A model generated the notes under the pieces. It saw only the letters and a list, made by a program, of their open reading frames with translations, was not told the DNA's origin and did no database searches. From positions 192,001 to 256,000 of the forward strand of contig CAWFKQ010000006.1 in assembly GCA_963816395.1 (NCBI GenBank): 64,000 bases of DNA. The letters run 5' to 3'. Position 1 is the stretch's first letter, and each line of letters starts with the position of its first letter. Below, one piece after another: positions 20,574-32,104 of this stretch. A program made the position numbers and the translations under genes. This stretch comes from an uncultured delta proteobacterium (GTDB lineage Bacteria > Desulfobacterota > Desulfuromonadia > Desulfuromonadales > JACZKF01).

Positions 20574-21445
20574 ACCAAGTCCGTTTTTCCGGAGGTATGG
20601 ATCGAATCCCGATGGGCCTCGGAGTGGAAAACCCGGGCCACGAAAGTATCCCACGCCTGCCGATAGCCTTCGCCTCCCACCTCGAAGGCGTCGCTGTGCC
20701 CGGCGCCTTTGACCCGATACAGGGACTTGGGTTCTCCTGCCCGGGCAAACAGCCGCAGGGACATGTCGTTAGGGACGATCGGGTCCCGGTCCCCGTAGAA
20801 AATCAGCAGCGGTGTTTTCAGCCGCCCGATTTTATCCAGGTTGTCGAATACGTCGCCGATGTTCCACCAGCCGACCAGGGCGTAGGTCGCCGGCGCCGTT
20901 TTCCGGGCGATGTCCCGCAGGGAAGTGAAGGGGGACTCCAGAACCAGACCCGCCGGGGCGGTCTCGATGGCCAGTTGCAGAGCGACCGCCGCTCCCATGG
21001 AACGGCCGAAAAAAATCATTCGGCCGGGCGACCAGCCGCGTTCTCCGAGCCAGCCGAGAGCTCCCCTGGCGTCCTGGTACAGGTCCTTCTCGCCGGTAGC
21101 CTGCCCCTGGCTGGAACCAAAGCCCCGGTAGTCGAAGATGAAAACCGGAAAACCCAGTTGATGCAGGTAAACAATATTTTCCACCCGGTACGAAATATTG
21201 GCGGCATTGCCGTGGAAAAACAGAACCAGGGGTCTCTGTGCTTCTCCCGGGATCAGCCACCCGTGCAGCTGCACCCCATCGCTGCTGGGGAAAATGACAT
21301 CCTCGTAGGCAAGACCGCTCCGGTCGGGGGTGGAAACGATTTCACGGTCGGAAGAAAAAATAAACCGCATGCCGAAACTGCAACCTGAGAGACAAACAAG
21401 CAGCGTCAAGGCTCCCCAATAAAGGAGCCTCCTTACGGGCGCCAT
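20495..21445 (-). CDS. Alpha/beta hydrolase (membrane-anchored or lipoprotein)
   Basis: FHGNA, DYRGFG, GRSMG nucleophile, GDRD, GAGH; 3' end uncertain because it overlaps the PagL-like gene. Confidence 0.85.
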   Translation of the reverse strand: MAPVRRLLYWGALTLLVCLSGCSFGMRFIFSSDREIVSTPDRSGLAYEDVIFPSSDGVQLHGWLIPGEAQRPLVLFFHGNAANISYRVENIVYLHQLGFPVFIFDYRGFGSSQGQATGEKDLYQDARGALGWLGERGWSPGRMIFFGRSMGAAVALQLAIETAPAGLVLESPFTSLRDIARKTAPATYALVGWWNIGDVFDNLDKIGRLKTPLLIFYGDRDPIVPNDMSLRLFARAGEPKSLYRVKGAGHSDAFEVGGEGYRQAWDTFVARVFHSEAHRDSIHTSGKTDLVQKNRPKANTTELIPRLSLFSPPLEI

Positions 21446-21687
21446 GGATCCCCGGCAAAGCGGAATTCCGGTGTGAGCAAATTGGGCGGAGGGTGCCTGC
21501 TGGGGCCGCGACATGCCTGCGATCTTTCGGTTGAGGGCGGCAGGAAGCGTTCCTGCCGCCGGGTCCTAGGAAAATTATAAGTGATTATCGGGCGATCGCA
21601 AAAATTCTTAATCCTTTTGCGCTTGCAGGAGGCTCGCGGATAAGGTCGCATCCGTTGGCGGCTAGCCAGGCGGCGATGGGAATCCTT

Positions 21688-22512
21688 TTACCGGCGCACC
21701 TGCGACAGAAAGTTCTGCCATGCCGTCCAGTAAGCCGCATCGCCAGCCTGATAGACATCGTCGTGCCCGGCTTCGGTCACCAGGTACAGACGTTTTGGCT
21801 CGGGCGCGAGGGAAAAAAGTGTCTGCCCCATGGAGGGCGGAACGATGGCATCGCGCTGGCCATGGAAGATCATCAAAGGCGACTTGAGTTCGCTGATTTT
21901 CGAACGATTGTTGTAAAATGGCGGAAATGCCCAGGGCAGGGCGGCAAACAGCCAGGGATGATGGTGCCGTATGAGATCGGGGATCGAAGTAAACGGGCTC
22001 TCCAGCACCACTCCGGCAGGCGGCTTTTCGAGCGCCAGCTGCAAGGCAACGGCGGCGCCCATGGAGTGGCCATAATAGACGATCCGGTCGCGGGTCCATC
22101 CGTTCCGGAGCAGAAAGTTCAAGGCCCCTCTGGCGTCCTGATAAGTCCCGGCTTCCGTCGGCTGGCCTTGGCTGCGGCCGAAACCGCGGTAATCGAAAAC
22201 GAAGATGCCGACATCGAGATGCTTGAACTGTTTCAGGAAATGGGTCAGGTGGGACAGATTGGTCGCTGTGCCGTGGAAATATAGAATGATTTGCCGGTCG
22301 TCGGCACCGGGCAGATACCAGCCGTAGAGTTCTGGACCGTCGCCGGCGGGGAAAGAAATTTCATGGAAGGCAAGGTCATTAACTTCTGAAGAATATTTCA
22401 GGTCCCGATCGGTCGTGAAGAGATAATGCTCCGGCATGGAGCAGCTGCAGGCAAGAAGGATCAGCAAGAAAAGGGCGATACGCAGTGCGGTCCTTTTGGT
22501 GACAAGTGGCAT
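21688..22512 (-). CDS. Alpha/beta hydrolase, paralog of the adjacent gene
   Basis: FHGTA, DYRGFG, GHSMG, HGQRD, AGH; lipoprotein-like signal LLACSC. Confidence 0.85.
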   Translation of the reverse strand: MPLVTKRTALRIALFLLILLACSCSMPEHYLFTTDRDLKYSSEVNDLAFHEISFPAGDGPELYGWYLPGADDRQIILYFHGTATNLSHLTHFLKQFKHLDVGIFVFDYRGFGRSQGQPTEAGTYQDARGALNFLLRNGWTRDRIVYYGHSMGAAVALQLALEKPPAGVVLESPFTSIPDLIRHHHPWLFAALPWAFPPFYNNRSKISELKSPLMIFHGQRDAIVPPSMGQTLFSLAPEPKRLYLVTEAGHDDVYQAGDAAYWTAWQNFLSQVRR

Positions 22513-22720
22513 GTCCCCGCTGCCTTTCGCAACCATACCCAGCCCCGGTTCGGTAACAATCTTACCAACCGAAATCCAGATTTCTGAGAAAAATTTTACA
22601 TTCGAAAAAAGACCGATCCTGCAAGCATCCTTCGCCAGGCATCTTCCCTGTCCGCGCGGCCTTCGGTTGACAGCGGAAAAAACCCGGCTAGCTTTGATGA
22701 AAATGGTCAGCGGAGCGCGT

Positions 22721-23152
22721 ATGGAACAGATGGAAAGGGAACCGGAGGTGATGGCCGCCGATTTTCTGGTGGGGGAGCGGGTGGTCGATCCGCTGGGGGC
22801 GGACCTGGGCAAGATCGAGGAGTTGATGATCGATATGCAGGCCGGGAGAGTCAGTTATGCGGTGCTCTCTTTCGGCGGCATTTTCGGGCTGGGTGAGAAG
22901 TTTTTCGCCATTCCCTGGCGGTTGCTGCAGCCGGATCCGGTCAACCGCCGGTTTGTTCTGGCGATCGACAGAGAGCGGCTGAAGAATGCCCCTGGTTTCG
23001 ATCGGCACAGCTGGCCGGCAATGGGAGACCGGGGATGGGGGCGCCGGATCCATCGCTTCTACGATCAGACGCCTTACTGGGAGGAGCTTGAGCGGGCCGG
23101 TTTCCTTGGCGGGGAGGGGGCGGAGATTGCGCACAAACCGCAGCAGGAATAA
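22721..23152 (+). CDS. PRC-barrel domain protein
   Basis: GKIEELMID...GRVSYAVLSFGGIFGLGEKFFAIPW...LKNAPGFD; start uncertain. Confidence 0.8.
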   Translation: MEQMEREPEVMAADFLVGERVVDPLGADLGKIEELMIDMQAGRVSYAVLSFGGIFGLGEKFFAIPWRLLQPDPVNRRFVLAIDRERLKNAPGFDRHSWPAMGDRGWGRRIHRFYDQTPYWEELERAGFLGGEGAEIAHKPQQE

Positions 23153-23271
23153 CTGAATTTTCTCTTGCCGATATCGGCTGATCTCCTAAAAATTTGACAG
23201 ACCTCTCGGATGTGTTATGAGGAATCTTAAACAAAAGATTCTTCCTATTCACTAAGCGGAGGAAAAAAATT

Positions 23272-23613
23272 ATGCTCAAATGGCAACGAATTTTCGGCTA
23301 TGGAATCTGTATCCTATACCTTGTGGCTCTGGCCGCATGCGCCGGTTCAGCGACCAGTCGGAGCACCGGTACCGATGGCAGGTGATGAGTGGGTCACGGC
23401 CAAAGTTAAAGCGAACCTCACAGGTGATGAGACCACTAAGGCCCGCGACATCAATGTCGATATTTTCCGGGGTACGGTGCAGCTCAGCGGTTTCGTGGAC
23501 ACCAACAGGAGAAGCAGCGGGCTACCGAACTGGCTCAGAGCGTGGAAGGGGTCAAAAAGGTGGTAAACAACCTGGTTGTCAAACAGCCGAAAACGCAAAC
23601 AGAGAGGAAGTAG
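23272..23613 (+). CDS. BON-domain (OsmY-like) lipoprotein, frameshifted
   Basis: Lipobox LAAC; DEWVTAKVKA...INVDIFRGTVQLSGFVD; AQSVEGVKKVVNNL in a third frame. Confidence 0.75.
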
Positions 23614-23635
23614 CTTCCCCATTGATGAGAAGCCG

Positions 23636-23665
23636 AACCCCCGCCTGTTGGCGGGGTTTTCTTTT
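23636..23665 (+). terminator. Intrinsic terminator between convergent genes
   Basis: CCCCGCC-TGTT-GGCGGGG stem followed by TTTTCTTTT. Confidence 0.75.
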
Positions 23666-23692
23666 GCACCGGGGCCCGCGCCCTGTCCAGTG

Positions 23693-24344
23693 TCACTTGG
23701 TCTTTTCTCTGTTGCTTCCAGCTCGATAACGCCGCAGGCCACCGGCGCCCCCGAATTTCCTGCCGGCGGCGAACTCAGGTCGTCGGCTCCGGAGGTTATC
23801 ACCACCGCCTTATTGACGATCGACTGCGGACCATCGAGCCGGATGAGATGGTCGAGCCGCTTGTAATGGCCCGTACCCCCTTCCTGCCCGGCCTCAATGT
23901 TGCCGAGGTCTCCGAGGTAACGCTGGGCGGGGGGATTGCCGGGCGCACCATGCGGACTTCCGGAGGGGTTGTAAATGCCGCCAGCCGAACCCGCATCCGG
24001 GGCGCTGCAGTCCCCTTTCTCGTGGATATGGAATCCGTGCTTGCCGGGCGACAACCCCTGCAGGTCGGCCACGATTTCCACCCCTCCGGTTTTCGGGTGA
24101 ACCTGACCGTCCCGTGGACTGCCTGCCCTGGCGTCGATTGCAGACGGGCAATCGCCACTTCCGGAGTTTCGGCGGTGCTTTTGCTCCCGGTCGGCGCCTG
24201 TGCCGCTTCTTTCGGTTCCCCTCCCTGCTTGGCGGCCGGTTTGCCGATTTCCTCCGGAGTTTTCTGCGTTTCCCGGTTTTCGCAGGCGGAGAAGGTGAAG
24301 GCTGCGGCGATGAGCAGGAAGGCGATGGCCAGAGGACGAATCAT
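23693..24344 (-). CDS. sodC: Cu/Zn superoxide dismutase-family lipoprotein (frameshifted, several ligands altered)
   Basis: Lipobox FSAC; HGFHIHEKGDC, GDLGNI, VACGVI. Confidence 0.75.
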
Positions 24345-24479
24345 CTGTTTCCCCCAGATGGTCGAGGTGGATTATGATTTACTTATATATTTGTGGTACA
24401 TGATGTCAAACCGCAGGCAATCGCACCACTGCCGCCATCTCGCTGGTGGAATGCGGTCTGACGGAGGAGGAGAGGGCCG

Positions 24480-25227
24480 GTGAAGAATACGGAAATCCTG
24501 GAAATCAAAACCACTTCACGATCGCCGACGGGTTTTCCGCGATCGTGCCGAAGCAGGGAGGGCACTGGCCGGCCTGATGCGAAGCCGGCGGGAGGAGAGG
24601 ACGCTGGTGCTGGCGGTGCCGGCCGGCGGCGTGCCGGTGGCGGCTTCCCTGGCAGAGGCGCTCGGGATAGAAATGGATGTGGCGGTGGTGAGCAAGATCA
24701 CTCTTCCGTGGAACACCGAGGCCGGTTACGGGGCGGTCGCCTTCGATGGCAGCGTGCACCTGAAGGAGTCGCTGCTTCCTTCACTGGGGCTGACGGAGGC
24801 GGAGATAGCCCGTGGCATCGAACAAACCCGGGAGAAGGTGCGGCGGCGCCAGCAACTGTTCCGCGGAGAGCGGCCCTTGCCGCCGATCGCCGGACGACTG
24901 GTTATCCTGGTCGATGACGGGCTGGCGTCGGGGGTGACCATGCGGGCGGCGGTAGCGGCGCTGCGCGGCCAGGGGGCGGGTCGCCTGATCGTGGCGGTCC
25001 CCACGGGTCATGAGGCGGCGGTTGCGGCTATGGCGGCGGAGGTGGATGCGGTGTGCTGCGCCAACATCCGCAGCGGCTGGCGTTTCGCCGTGGCGGAGGC
25101 CTATGAAACCTGGACCGATGTCAGTGAGGAGGAAGCTCTTGAAATCCTGACGAGAATGCGGGAATACGGAGCCGGCAGACCCGCAAGCCGACAGCTGAGA
25201 AACGCCGTGTTGGAAAGAGGTCACTGA
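24480..25227 (+). CDS. Phosphoribosyltransferase-family protein
   Basis: FRDRAEAGRALA, AVPAGGVPVA, ILVDDGLASG PRPP motif; frameshift near the start. Confidence 0.85.
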
Positions 25228-26668
25228 TTCTCTCCGAGTCCCTCTTCCATCTCGGCCATCAAGCGGCTGCGCAGTTCATGGATGCCCCGGCTCATCGAGA
25301 CCTTGTAGAGATGAGGATTGAAAAGCCGCAGCGATCCTTCCGGCAACCTTTTCAGCTGCTCGGCGCAGCGCTCGGATGCCGCCTCCAGGGAAAGGAGGGG
25401 GGCGCATACCCGGCCGCCGTCCATGACCACCTGGCGCACTTCCTCGAAAGCTGACGGGGACGGGATTGCCTTGTGGCGGGAGGGATTGGTGGGATCGTAG
25501 ACGGTATCGCCGGCAGAGACGGTTTCCCCGTCCAGCGTCATGACATCCATGGCGAACCGGCCGCTGCCGCCAAGCACCCGCAGCAGGCGCTTGCGGTCGG
25601 GGAGCGTCGCCTTGCCCAGGTCGCTGGTGATTTTCAACTTCGGCCGCTCATTGAACCGCACCAGCTTGTAGACCCCGCCCAAGTGCGCCGCCTCCCTCGC
25701 CGGCGCCGGTGGCCAGCTTCGTCCCGACGCCGTAAATATCCACCTTCCCCCCCTCGCTGCGCACCGAGTAGATGATGTATTCGTCGAGTTCGTTGGAGGC
25801 GACGATTTTTACGCCCGGGAAACCCGCCTCATCGAGCAATCGCCGAGCCTCCTTGCTCAGGTAGGCGATATCCCCCGAATCGAGGCGAATGCCCCTGAGT
25901 TCATAGCCCCGCGCGCGCAGTTCGCCGGCGACGGTGATGGCGTTGGGCAGGCCGCTCTTGAGGGTATCATAGGTATCCACCAGCAGTATGGCGTTGTCGG
26001 GAAAGCATTCGGCATAGGCGCGGAAAGCCGTGAGTTCGTCCGGAAAGGCCATGACCCAGCTGTGGGCATGCGTTCCCTTTACCGACAGTCCGAAGAGCAT
26101 GCCGGCCAGCACGTTGCTGGTGCTGCGCACGCCGCCGATGCTGGCGGCGCGCGCCTCGCTCACCCCGCCGTCCGGTCCCTGGGCCCGGCGCAGGCCGAAT
26201 TCGAGGACCGTTCCGTCGCCGGCGGCCGTGGTCAGGCGGGCCGCCTTGGTGGCGATCAGGGTCTGGAAATTGATGATATTGAGCAGGGCGGTTTCCACGA
26301 ACTGGGCCTCGGCCAGGCTCCCCTCCACAGTGAGCAGCGGTTCGTTGGCGAAAACCACCGTCCCTTCCGGCGGCGCGATAATCCGTCCACGGAACCGAAA
26401 TTTCCGCAAAAATTCAAGAAAATGCAGGCTGAAAAATCTTCAGGCTGGCCAGATAGGCGAGCTCCGCTTCGGTGAAGCGCAAACCTTCCAGATATCGCAG
26501 AGCCGGTTCCAGGCCGGCAAAAACGGCATAGCTGCCGTGGAATGGATTCGTCCGGAAATAGAGGTCGAAGACCGCTGGGGTTTCCTGCATCCCCTCGTCG
26601 AGATAGCCGGCGAGCATCGTCAGTTCATACAGATCGGTGAGCAGGGCGGAATATCGTAATCGTTCCAT
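25221..26668 (-). CDS. pncB: Nicotinate phosphoribosyltransferase (two frameshifts)
   Basis: [46 protein letters not shown]. Confidence 0.92.
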
Positions 26669-26694
26669 CGGCAGGCCTCAAAAATGTCAATCTC

Positions 26695-26796
26695 AACGCA
26701 AAGTCGCAAAGTTGAGAATAAAGGCGCAAATGACTTCAAAAAAGAATTTTAGCTCCCTTCTTTGCGTCTTGCATGCATCCTTGGCACCTTTGCGTT
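26695..26796. repeat. Related REP-like inverted repeat (CGCAAAG units)
   Basis: AACGCAAAGTCGCAAAG 26695-26711 pairs imperfectly with CTTGGCACCTTTGCGTT 26780-26796. Confidence 0.6.
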
Positions 26797-26819
26797 AAAT
26801 GTTTTTCCCGATCTGCCTT

Positions 26820-27654
26820 TTAGTCGGCCAGTTCCCGCTCGATGCTGGCGAGCCCTTCGACCGCCCCGCAGGGGAGGGAGAGGTGGGGCGCGGCGATATG
26901 CGCCTCGCGGGGATTGATGCGGATGACCGTGGCCCGGGGCAATCGCCCAAGCCGCTCGCTGAGGTAACGGATGGTAGGGATGGCCGAGCCGGCACCGATC
27001 TCCACCACGGCCAGCGGCTTGCCGCCGGTGCGCCTCCAGAAAGGTCTCGAAGCGCTCCTCCTGAAGGGCGCTGCGATCGCCGATCCAGGAGTAATCGCCG
27101 AACATCAGGATATTGGGGCGGGCCACGGCGCCGCAATGGGGGCAGCGGGGCAGGTGTTGCGCCCGCATCGTGGTGAAATCGACCGGGATTTCCTCGCAGT
27201 TGTCCCAGATCGCCAGCCGGCAGGGCTTCAGGCACTGCAGGTGGTGGATCGAGCCGTGCACCTCGACGACGCCGCTCCTCGGCGAAGCCGGCTTTCTGGA
27301 ACTGACCGTCGACATTGCTGGTGACCACGAAGTGGTCGAGGCCGAGGCGCTCGATCCAGGAGAGCAGCAGGCGGAAGCCGAGGTGCGGTATGGTGGCCCG
27401 ATAGAGATTGGTGCGGTGGCCGTAAAAGCCCCAGCCGAAGGCCGGGTCCCTCTCGAAGTGGGCGGGATTGGCGGCGCTTACGAAATCGATGCCGAGCCGC
27501 CGGTACATCGGATAGGCGGTCCAGAACCCCTGATCGCCGCGGAAATCGGGGAGTCCGGAATCAACCCCCATCCCCGCCCCGGCGGTGATGACCAGCGCCC
27601 GCGACTGCCGGAGGGCCTGCGGCGGCCTCTGCAGAATCTTTCATCCAGTTCCAT
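26820..27654 (-). CDS. Sir2-family NAD-dependent deacylase (frameshifted)
   Basis: GAGMGVDSGLPDFRG, TSNVD, EVHGS, CxxxC...CxxC, RPNILMFGD, EIGAG, RINP. Confidence 0.88.
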
Positions 27655-27719
27655 GACGCTTTACCTGCAGGAGTAGATTCCTCGGTTTCATTCCTCGCCG
27701 AAGAGCCGAAACAGACCTA

Positions 27720-28202
27720 TTATATCCCCACCCGCACCAGTGTGGGCCGCAGCAGCCTTACGACTTCTCGGGGCGCGATGTCGACCAGAAAGCCCCGCCG
27801 GCCGCCGTTGATGTAGATGTGCGGCAGGTCGAGGATGGTCTCCTCCATGTATACCGGCATGGGACGGCGGGTGGCGAAAGGGGAGGTGCCGCCGACCAGG
27901 TATCCCGAGTGGCGGTTGGCGGCCTCCGGAGGGCAGGGGGTGACGCTCTTCACTCCGATGAGGCGGGCCAGTTCCTTGGTCGAAACCTGGAGGTCACCGT
28001 GCATCAGGACGATCAGCGGGTTTTTCCCCTCGTCCTCCATGATCAGGGTCTTCACCACCTGGTGTTCCTCCACCCCGAGCTCGCGGGCGGAGACGGTGGT
28101 CCCCCCCTTCTCCTCATAACGATAGAAATGCGGAGTGAAAGCGACCTGCTGTTCGCGCAGCAGGCGGATGGCCGGGGTAACGGGGGTCTTATCTTTGCCC
28201 AT
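27720..28202 (-). CDS. ybaK: Cys-tRNA(Pro) deacylase
   Basis: TPAIRLL, VVKTL, GYLVGGTSPF, INGGRRG. Confidence 0.9.
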   Translation of the reverse strand: MGKDKTPVTPAIRLLREQQVAFTPHFYRYEEKGGTTVSARELGVEEHQVVKTLIMEDEGKNPLIVLMHGDLQVSTKELARLIGVKSVTPCPPEAANRHSGYLVGGTSPFATRRPMPVYMEETILDLPHIYINGGRRGFLVDIAPREVVRLLRPTLVRVGI

Positions 28203-28214
28203 CGGCTTTCCTTC

Positions 28215-29010
28215 TCAGCTGCCGAACCAGGAGGCGACCAGCATGACCAGGCTGGCGGCGACGGCGCCGGTGCTGAGCAGGCCGAGAAGGTTGAACAGGG
28301 GATCGGTCCGGCGCAGCAGCGCACCGCGGATGGGCAGAATCAGGCCGAGAATGATGCCGCCCACCGCACCGCCCAGGTGGCCGGCATTGTCGGCGCCGAC
28401 CAGCAGGCCGAAAATGAAAGCGTAGGCGGCCCACTGCAGCATGAAGTTGCGGCGGTGAATGGCCACCGGATCGCCCATCCGGTGGTAGAAGGCGGCGGCG
28501 AAGCCGATCAGCCCGAACAGGGCGCCGGAGGCCCCCACTACCGGCACCAGGGGGTGCCAGAACCAGCCGGCGACGGTGGCGGTCAAGGCGGTAAAGACGT
28601 AAAGGAAGAGGAAACGGGCCTTGCCGATCTCGAATTCGACCAGGGGACCGACCTGGTACAGGACAACCATGTTGAAGGCGAGGTGAATGATGCCGCCATG
28701 GGTGAAGGCATAGGTCAGGCATCGCCACCACTGCCCCTCGCCCGAGGACCAGTGGCCAGTATTGGGCGCCGGCATGGACCAGCAGGGCGGTATCGGGATT
28801 CAGCAGCGGCGACAGACCACGACCGGCGGCGCTCCCCTGCAGAACCATGGCGGTGAAGAAGACCAGGTTGAGCAGAATAAGCCCATGGGTGACTGAATAC
28901 CCGGCCCGCCCGGGCCGGCGCAGACCTTCCATCGTTTCCCGCAACTGCCGCTGCCAGCGCACCCGCCGCCAGTTCCAGCGCGAGGCGCTGAACCTTTTCT
29001 CATTCACCAT
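28215..29010 (-). CDS. Rhomboid-family intramembrane serine protease (frameshift near 28745)
   Basis: WWR..T..FTHGGIIHLAFNM, GASG, AGHLGG. Confidence 0.9.
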
Positions 29011-29207
29011 CATCTCCGTTGCAGCAACCAGCTCAGGGATACCTTGCAGGCAAAAATCTTCGGGAACCTGCTAGAGATTAGCACAAGGAGAGTCGATATG
29101 GGTAATCTTATTGAGGATTTGCGAAAGGCCAGCGGAAAGGCTATACTTTTTTCCCGCGGGCGGCGGCGGCCGTCGGCATTTTCACATTTCTCAGCGGGAG
29201 GAGAACA

Positions 29208-30574
29208 ATGGCACTGGAATCGATCAATCCGGCAACCGGCGAACTCATGGAAGCTTACAGTGAATGGTCGCCGGCGCGGACCCGGGAAGTCATCGCCGAG
29301 GTGCATAATGCCTGGCTGGGATGGCGAGAGACAGCGTTTGCCGAACGGACGACGCGCATGCGCCAGGCCGCCGAGATTTTACGCCGTAACCGTGACGAAT
29401 ACGCCCGGATCATGGCGCAGGAAATGGGGAAGCCGATCGCCGACGGCCGGGCCGAAGCGGAGAAGTGCGCCTGGGTGTGCGATTATTACGCCGAGAACGC
29501 CGAGCGCTTTCTGGCCCCTGAGCCGGCGCAAAGCGACGGCTCCAAGGCCTACGTCGCCTTCCGCCCGCTCGGTACCGTGCTGGCGGTCATGCCCTGGAAC
29601 TTCCCCTTCTGGCAGGTATTCCGCTTCGCTGCTCCGGCGCTGATGGCCGGCAATACCGGGGTGCTGAAACATTCCTCCAACGTGCCCCGGTGCGCCCTGG
29701 CCATCGAGGAGGTTTTCACGGCGCGCGGGTTTCCCGGAAAACGTCTTCCGTACGCTGATGATCGGCTCGCGGCAGGTCGATGCGGTGATCGAAAACGATC
29801 TGGTCCAGGCGGTCACTCTGACCGGCAGCGATGTCGCCGGCCGCCAGGTGGCGGCCAAGGCCGGGCAGATGCTGAAAAAGACGGTGCTGGAGCTCGGCGG
29901 CAGCGATCCCTTCATCGTCCTTGCCGATGCCGACCTGGACGAGGCGGCGAAAATCGGGGCCAAGGCCCGCTGCATCAATTCCGGGCAGAGCTGTATCGCC
30001 GCCAAGCGCTTCATCGTCGTCGACGCGATCTATGACGTATGGCTGGACAAGTTTCAGGCGGCGATGGAGGCGTTGGTCATCGGCGATCCTCTGGACGAGC
30101 AGACCCAGGTCGGTCCCCAGGCCCGGGAAGATCTGATGCTGGAACTGCACGGGCAGGTGGAAACTTCGGTGGGGAAGGGGGCGCAGGCTGCTCCTCGGCG
30201 GCCAGCCGCTGGATCGCCCGGGCTACTTCTATCCGCCAACCATCCTGACCGGGGTCAAGCCGGGGATGCCGGCTTACGACCAGGAACTCTTCGGGCCGGT
30301 CGCCTCGGTGATCCGGGTGAAAGATGCCGAAGAAGCGGTGGCGGTGGCCAATGCCTCCCCCTTCGGTCTCGGCGGCTCGGTCTGGACCCGCGATACGGCG
30401 CAAGGGGAAGAGATCGCCGGCCGCATCGAGGCCGGCGCGGTCTTCGTCAACGGTATCGTCAAGAGCGATCCCCGGCTTCCTTTCGGCGGCGTGAAGATCT
30501 CCGGCTACGGCCGCGAACTCTCCCATTACGGGATCAAGGAGTTCGTTAATATCCAGACGATCTGGGTGAAGTAG
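29208..30574 (+). CDS. NAD(P)-dependent succinate-semialdehyde dehydrogenase (Sad/GabD-like), frameshifted
   Basis: SINPATGE, MPWNFPFWQ, LELGGSD, GQSCIAAKR, ELFGP, PFGG. Confidence 0.88.
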
Positions 30575-30583
30575 TTTCCGCCC

Positions 30584-30740
30584 GGAAACGGTCCTTTTCC
30601 GCCGTAGCGGCGTCAATCTGCGGGCTTGCTTGTGCGGCGTACCGATGTACGCCTCCGCGCAATCCCTTGATTTCCTTGCTACAACGAAAAATTCCTCGTT
30701 TCCGATCCGGTCCAATAGGTCTTATAAATCCTATCGGACC
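30584..30740. repeat. 120-nt imperfect palindromic element plus short nonamer repeats between convergent genes
   Basis: GGAAACG...GGCGTAC-CGAT-GTACGCC...CGTTTCC (30584-30703), then GGTCCAATA/GGTCTTATA/AATCCTATC. Confidence 0.7.
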
Positions 30741-30751
30741 TCTGTTTGTTT

Positions 30752-31930
30752 TCAGATCAGGTCTTTGAGCCACCTGAATGCTACCAGGGTGCCGATCGCC
30801 GAGCCGATGGAGGAGAAGAAGAAGACCAGCAGGACCCGGGTCAGGCGGTTCCCCCACCAGCCGCGCACGGTGGCCAGATCGTCGCCGACGCACTCCAGGT
30901 CGCGCACCGTCGGGGCGGCGACAAAAGCCTGCACCAGGCCGGTGACGAAGCCGGCGCCGATGGTCGGGTTGAGGGAGGTGATCGGGGCGGCGATGAAGGC
31001 GGCGACCACGGTCAGGGGATGGCCGAGAGCAATGACGGTGCCGAGGGATGCCAGCAGGCCGTTGGCCAGAACCCAGGCGACGGCGGCCCCGGCCAGTCGC
31101 TGCCGGTCGCCGAGGAAGAAACCGACGATGAAAAGGGCGAAGACCACCGCCGGGACGATCCAGGGAAGGGCCCGGGCGAGGGAGGATTTCGGATGGTATG
31201 GTGGAGATTTCGGCGATCTCCTCCGGCCGGCTCTCCGCCGGCAGTTGGCGAAGCAGGCCGGGGACGTGCGCCGCTCCCACCACCGCTACCACCTTTTGCC
31301 CGGGTGCCTGGCGGATGTAATGGGCCATGTAGCGGTCGCGCTCGTCGACCAGGATGGTCTTTGACCGAAGGCAGCAGGTCCCCCATCTCTTCCAGCATGG
31401 CGGAAAGGGTATCGGACTGCCGCAGGCGTGCGAGTTCCGCCTCATCGAGTTTCTGTTTCTCGAACAGGCTGGCAAGCAGGGTGGCCAGCAGGTTCATCCT
31501 TTTCCACCATCCCGTCTTGCGCCAGGCCCGCAACAGGGTAGTGCGCAGTTCGCGGTCCACCAGGCGGACGGCGATTCCCCGCTCCTCGGCCAGATCGGCG
31601 GCCGCGGCAAGTTCCGCCCCCGGCTTGACTCCTGTCTGCAGCCCCATCCTCTTCTGGAAGGAGGCAAGAACCAGGTTGGCGAGGAGAAAAGGTCCCTGCC
31701 CTCGGCGGATTGCCTGCACCAGGTTGAGGGATTGCCAGCGGTTCCGGTCCTGCAGGGCATGCCGGCGCTGATGCGTCGAGTTCGACACATACGCAATCCG
31801 GCGCCTCCGCCTCGATCACCTGGCGCACGGTATCCACCGAATCCTGGGAAATATGGGCGGTCCCGACCAGGACGAACTCCCTGCCGTCGAGAAAAAGGCG
31901 TTGAATGTCAGATGGGTTTTCGTTGCTCAT
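30752..31930 (-). CDS. TraB/GumN (pheromone-shutdown TraB-like) family protein, frameshifted
   Basis: LVGTAHIS, VCVELD, PGAE, LVDR, LVDERD, VVGAAH, TM C-terminus. Confidence 0.85.
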
Positions 31931-32104
31931 GGTATCCCGCTGTCCCTGTGGAAGTTTAAGCTCAGATGATATCACAGAATCGCACCCGGCACGGTCGGCA
32001 TTTCCCCGACCTGGTTTGATCCGATCCTTTCTGCCAGGCCGTTGAGTTTTGATATACTTTCTATAGAAGAATAACGGCAACTGCTGAAGTTGAGGGGAAG
32101 GAGA

